Below are positions 31,926 through 32,000 of a stretch of DNA of 32,000 bases, piece after piece. The translations under genes and the position numbers were made by a program. This DNA comes from Clostridiales bacterium (lineage in GTDB: Bacteria > Bacillota > Clostridia > Clostridiales > Clostridiaceae): NCBI GenBank assembly GCA_017889345.1, contig JAGHEJ010000059.1, forward strand, positions 13,280-45,279, written 5' to 3'. Within the stretch, counting starts at the first letter, position 1, and each line of letters starts with the position of its first letter. The notes under the pieces are model-generated. The model was given only the letters and a program-made list of their open reading frames with translations, was not told where the DNA came from and did not search any database.

Positions 31926-31954
31926 ATTTACATAATTAGAGGTTTGTGATAGAA
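31926..31954 (+). promoter_or_regulatory. Candidate extended -10 promoter (TTTACA - 17 nt - TGaTAGAAT) for the gene starting at 31992
   Basis: TTTACA at 31926-31931, TG at 31946-31947 and TAGAAT at 31949-31954. Confidence 0.45.
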
Positions 31955-31991
31955 TGAAAAATAGTGTACTCAGATGTTTGGGAGGATTACT

Positions 31992-32000
31992 ATGAATCAA
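31992..32000 (+). CDS. Start of an unidentified gene (3 codons, MNQ), truncated by the window edge
   Basis: GGGAGGA lies 6-7 nt before ATG 31992 and a good promoter sits upstream. No further sequence is available. Confidence 0.3.

Noticed and set aside
1-32000. Mobile elements, CRISPR arrays, tRNA or rRNA genes, prophage or defence-system genes.
   Set aside because: I saw no transposase, integrase or Cas-like ORF, no regularly spaced repeat array and no tRNA-like cloverleaf candidates. Every long ORF is accounted for by envelope or salvage functions, or is a hypothetical membrane or TPR protein.

Overview
Very AT-rich window that looks like a low-GC Firmicute (Clostridia-like) chromosome. 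I saw no rRNA, tRNA, CRISPR array, transposase or integrase. All domain and family names come from motif recognition by eye, not from database searches.

**Main theme: a cell-envelope locus.** Five paralogous genes all end in the same bipartite DUF4214-like C-terminal module, preceded by FN3-like 'GL-PGTEY' modules and Ser/Thr-rich linkers:
- 1539-4403
- 11769-12905
- 13049-15220
- 18737-21886
- 22174-24633, which is disrupted

These are interleaved with glycosylation-type genes: a GT2-TPR gene, a lone rfbB, a TylF-like protein with degenerate catalytic motifs, and a second GT2. No classical Firmicute wall anchor (SLH, CWB2, LPXTG) is visible. The shared module is therefore my best candidate for an undescribed anchoring or assembly device.

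**Salvage island.** The locus is split by a nucleobase-salvage island (ade, codB, codA) controlled by two different RNA leaders. A textbook guanine-class purine riboswitch sits before ade. A terminator/antiterminator leader with a PyrR-like but variant binding hairpin sits before codBA.

**Left edge.** An antiporter gene fragment, a divergent LspA-like membrane protein, and an orphan promoter-to-terminator unit upstream of the first surface-protein gene.

**Right side.** A murT-gatD (lipid II amidation) operon with an unknown membrane protein and a secreted phosphodiester-glycosidase-like protein, then a TPR membrane protein and uppP.
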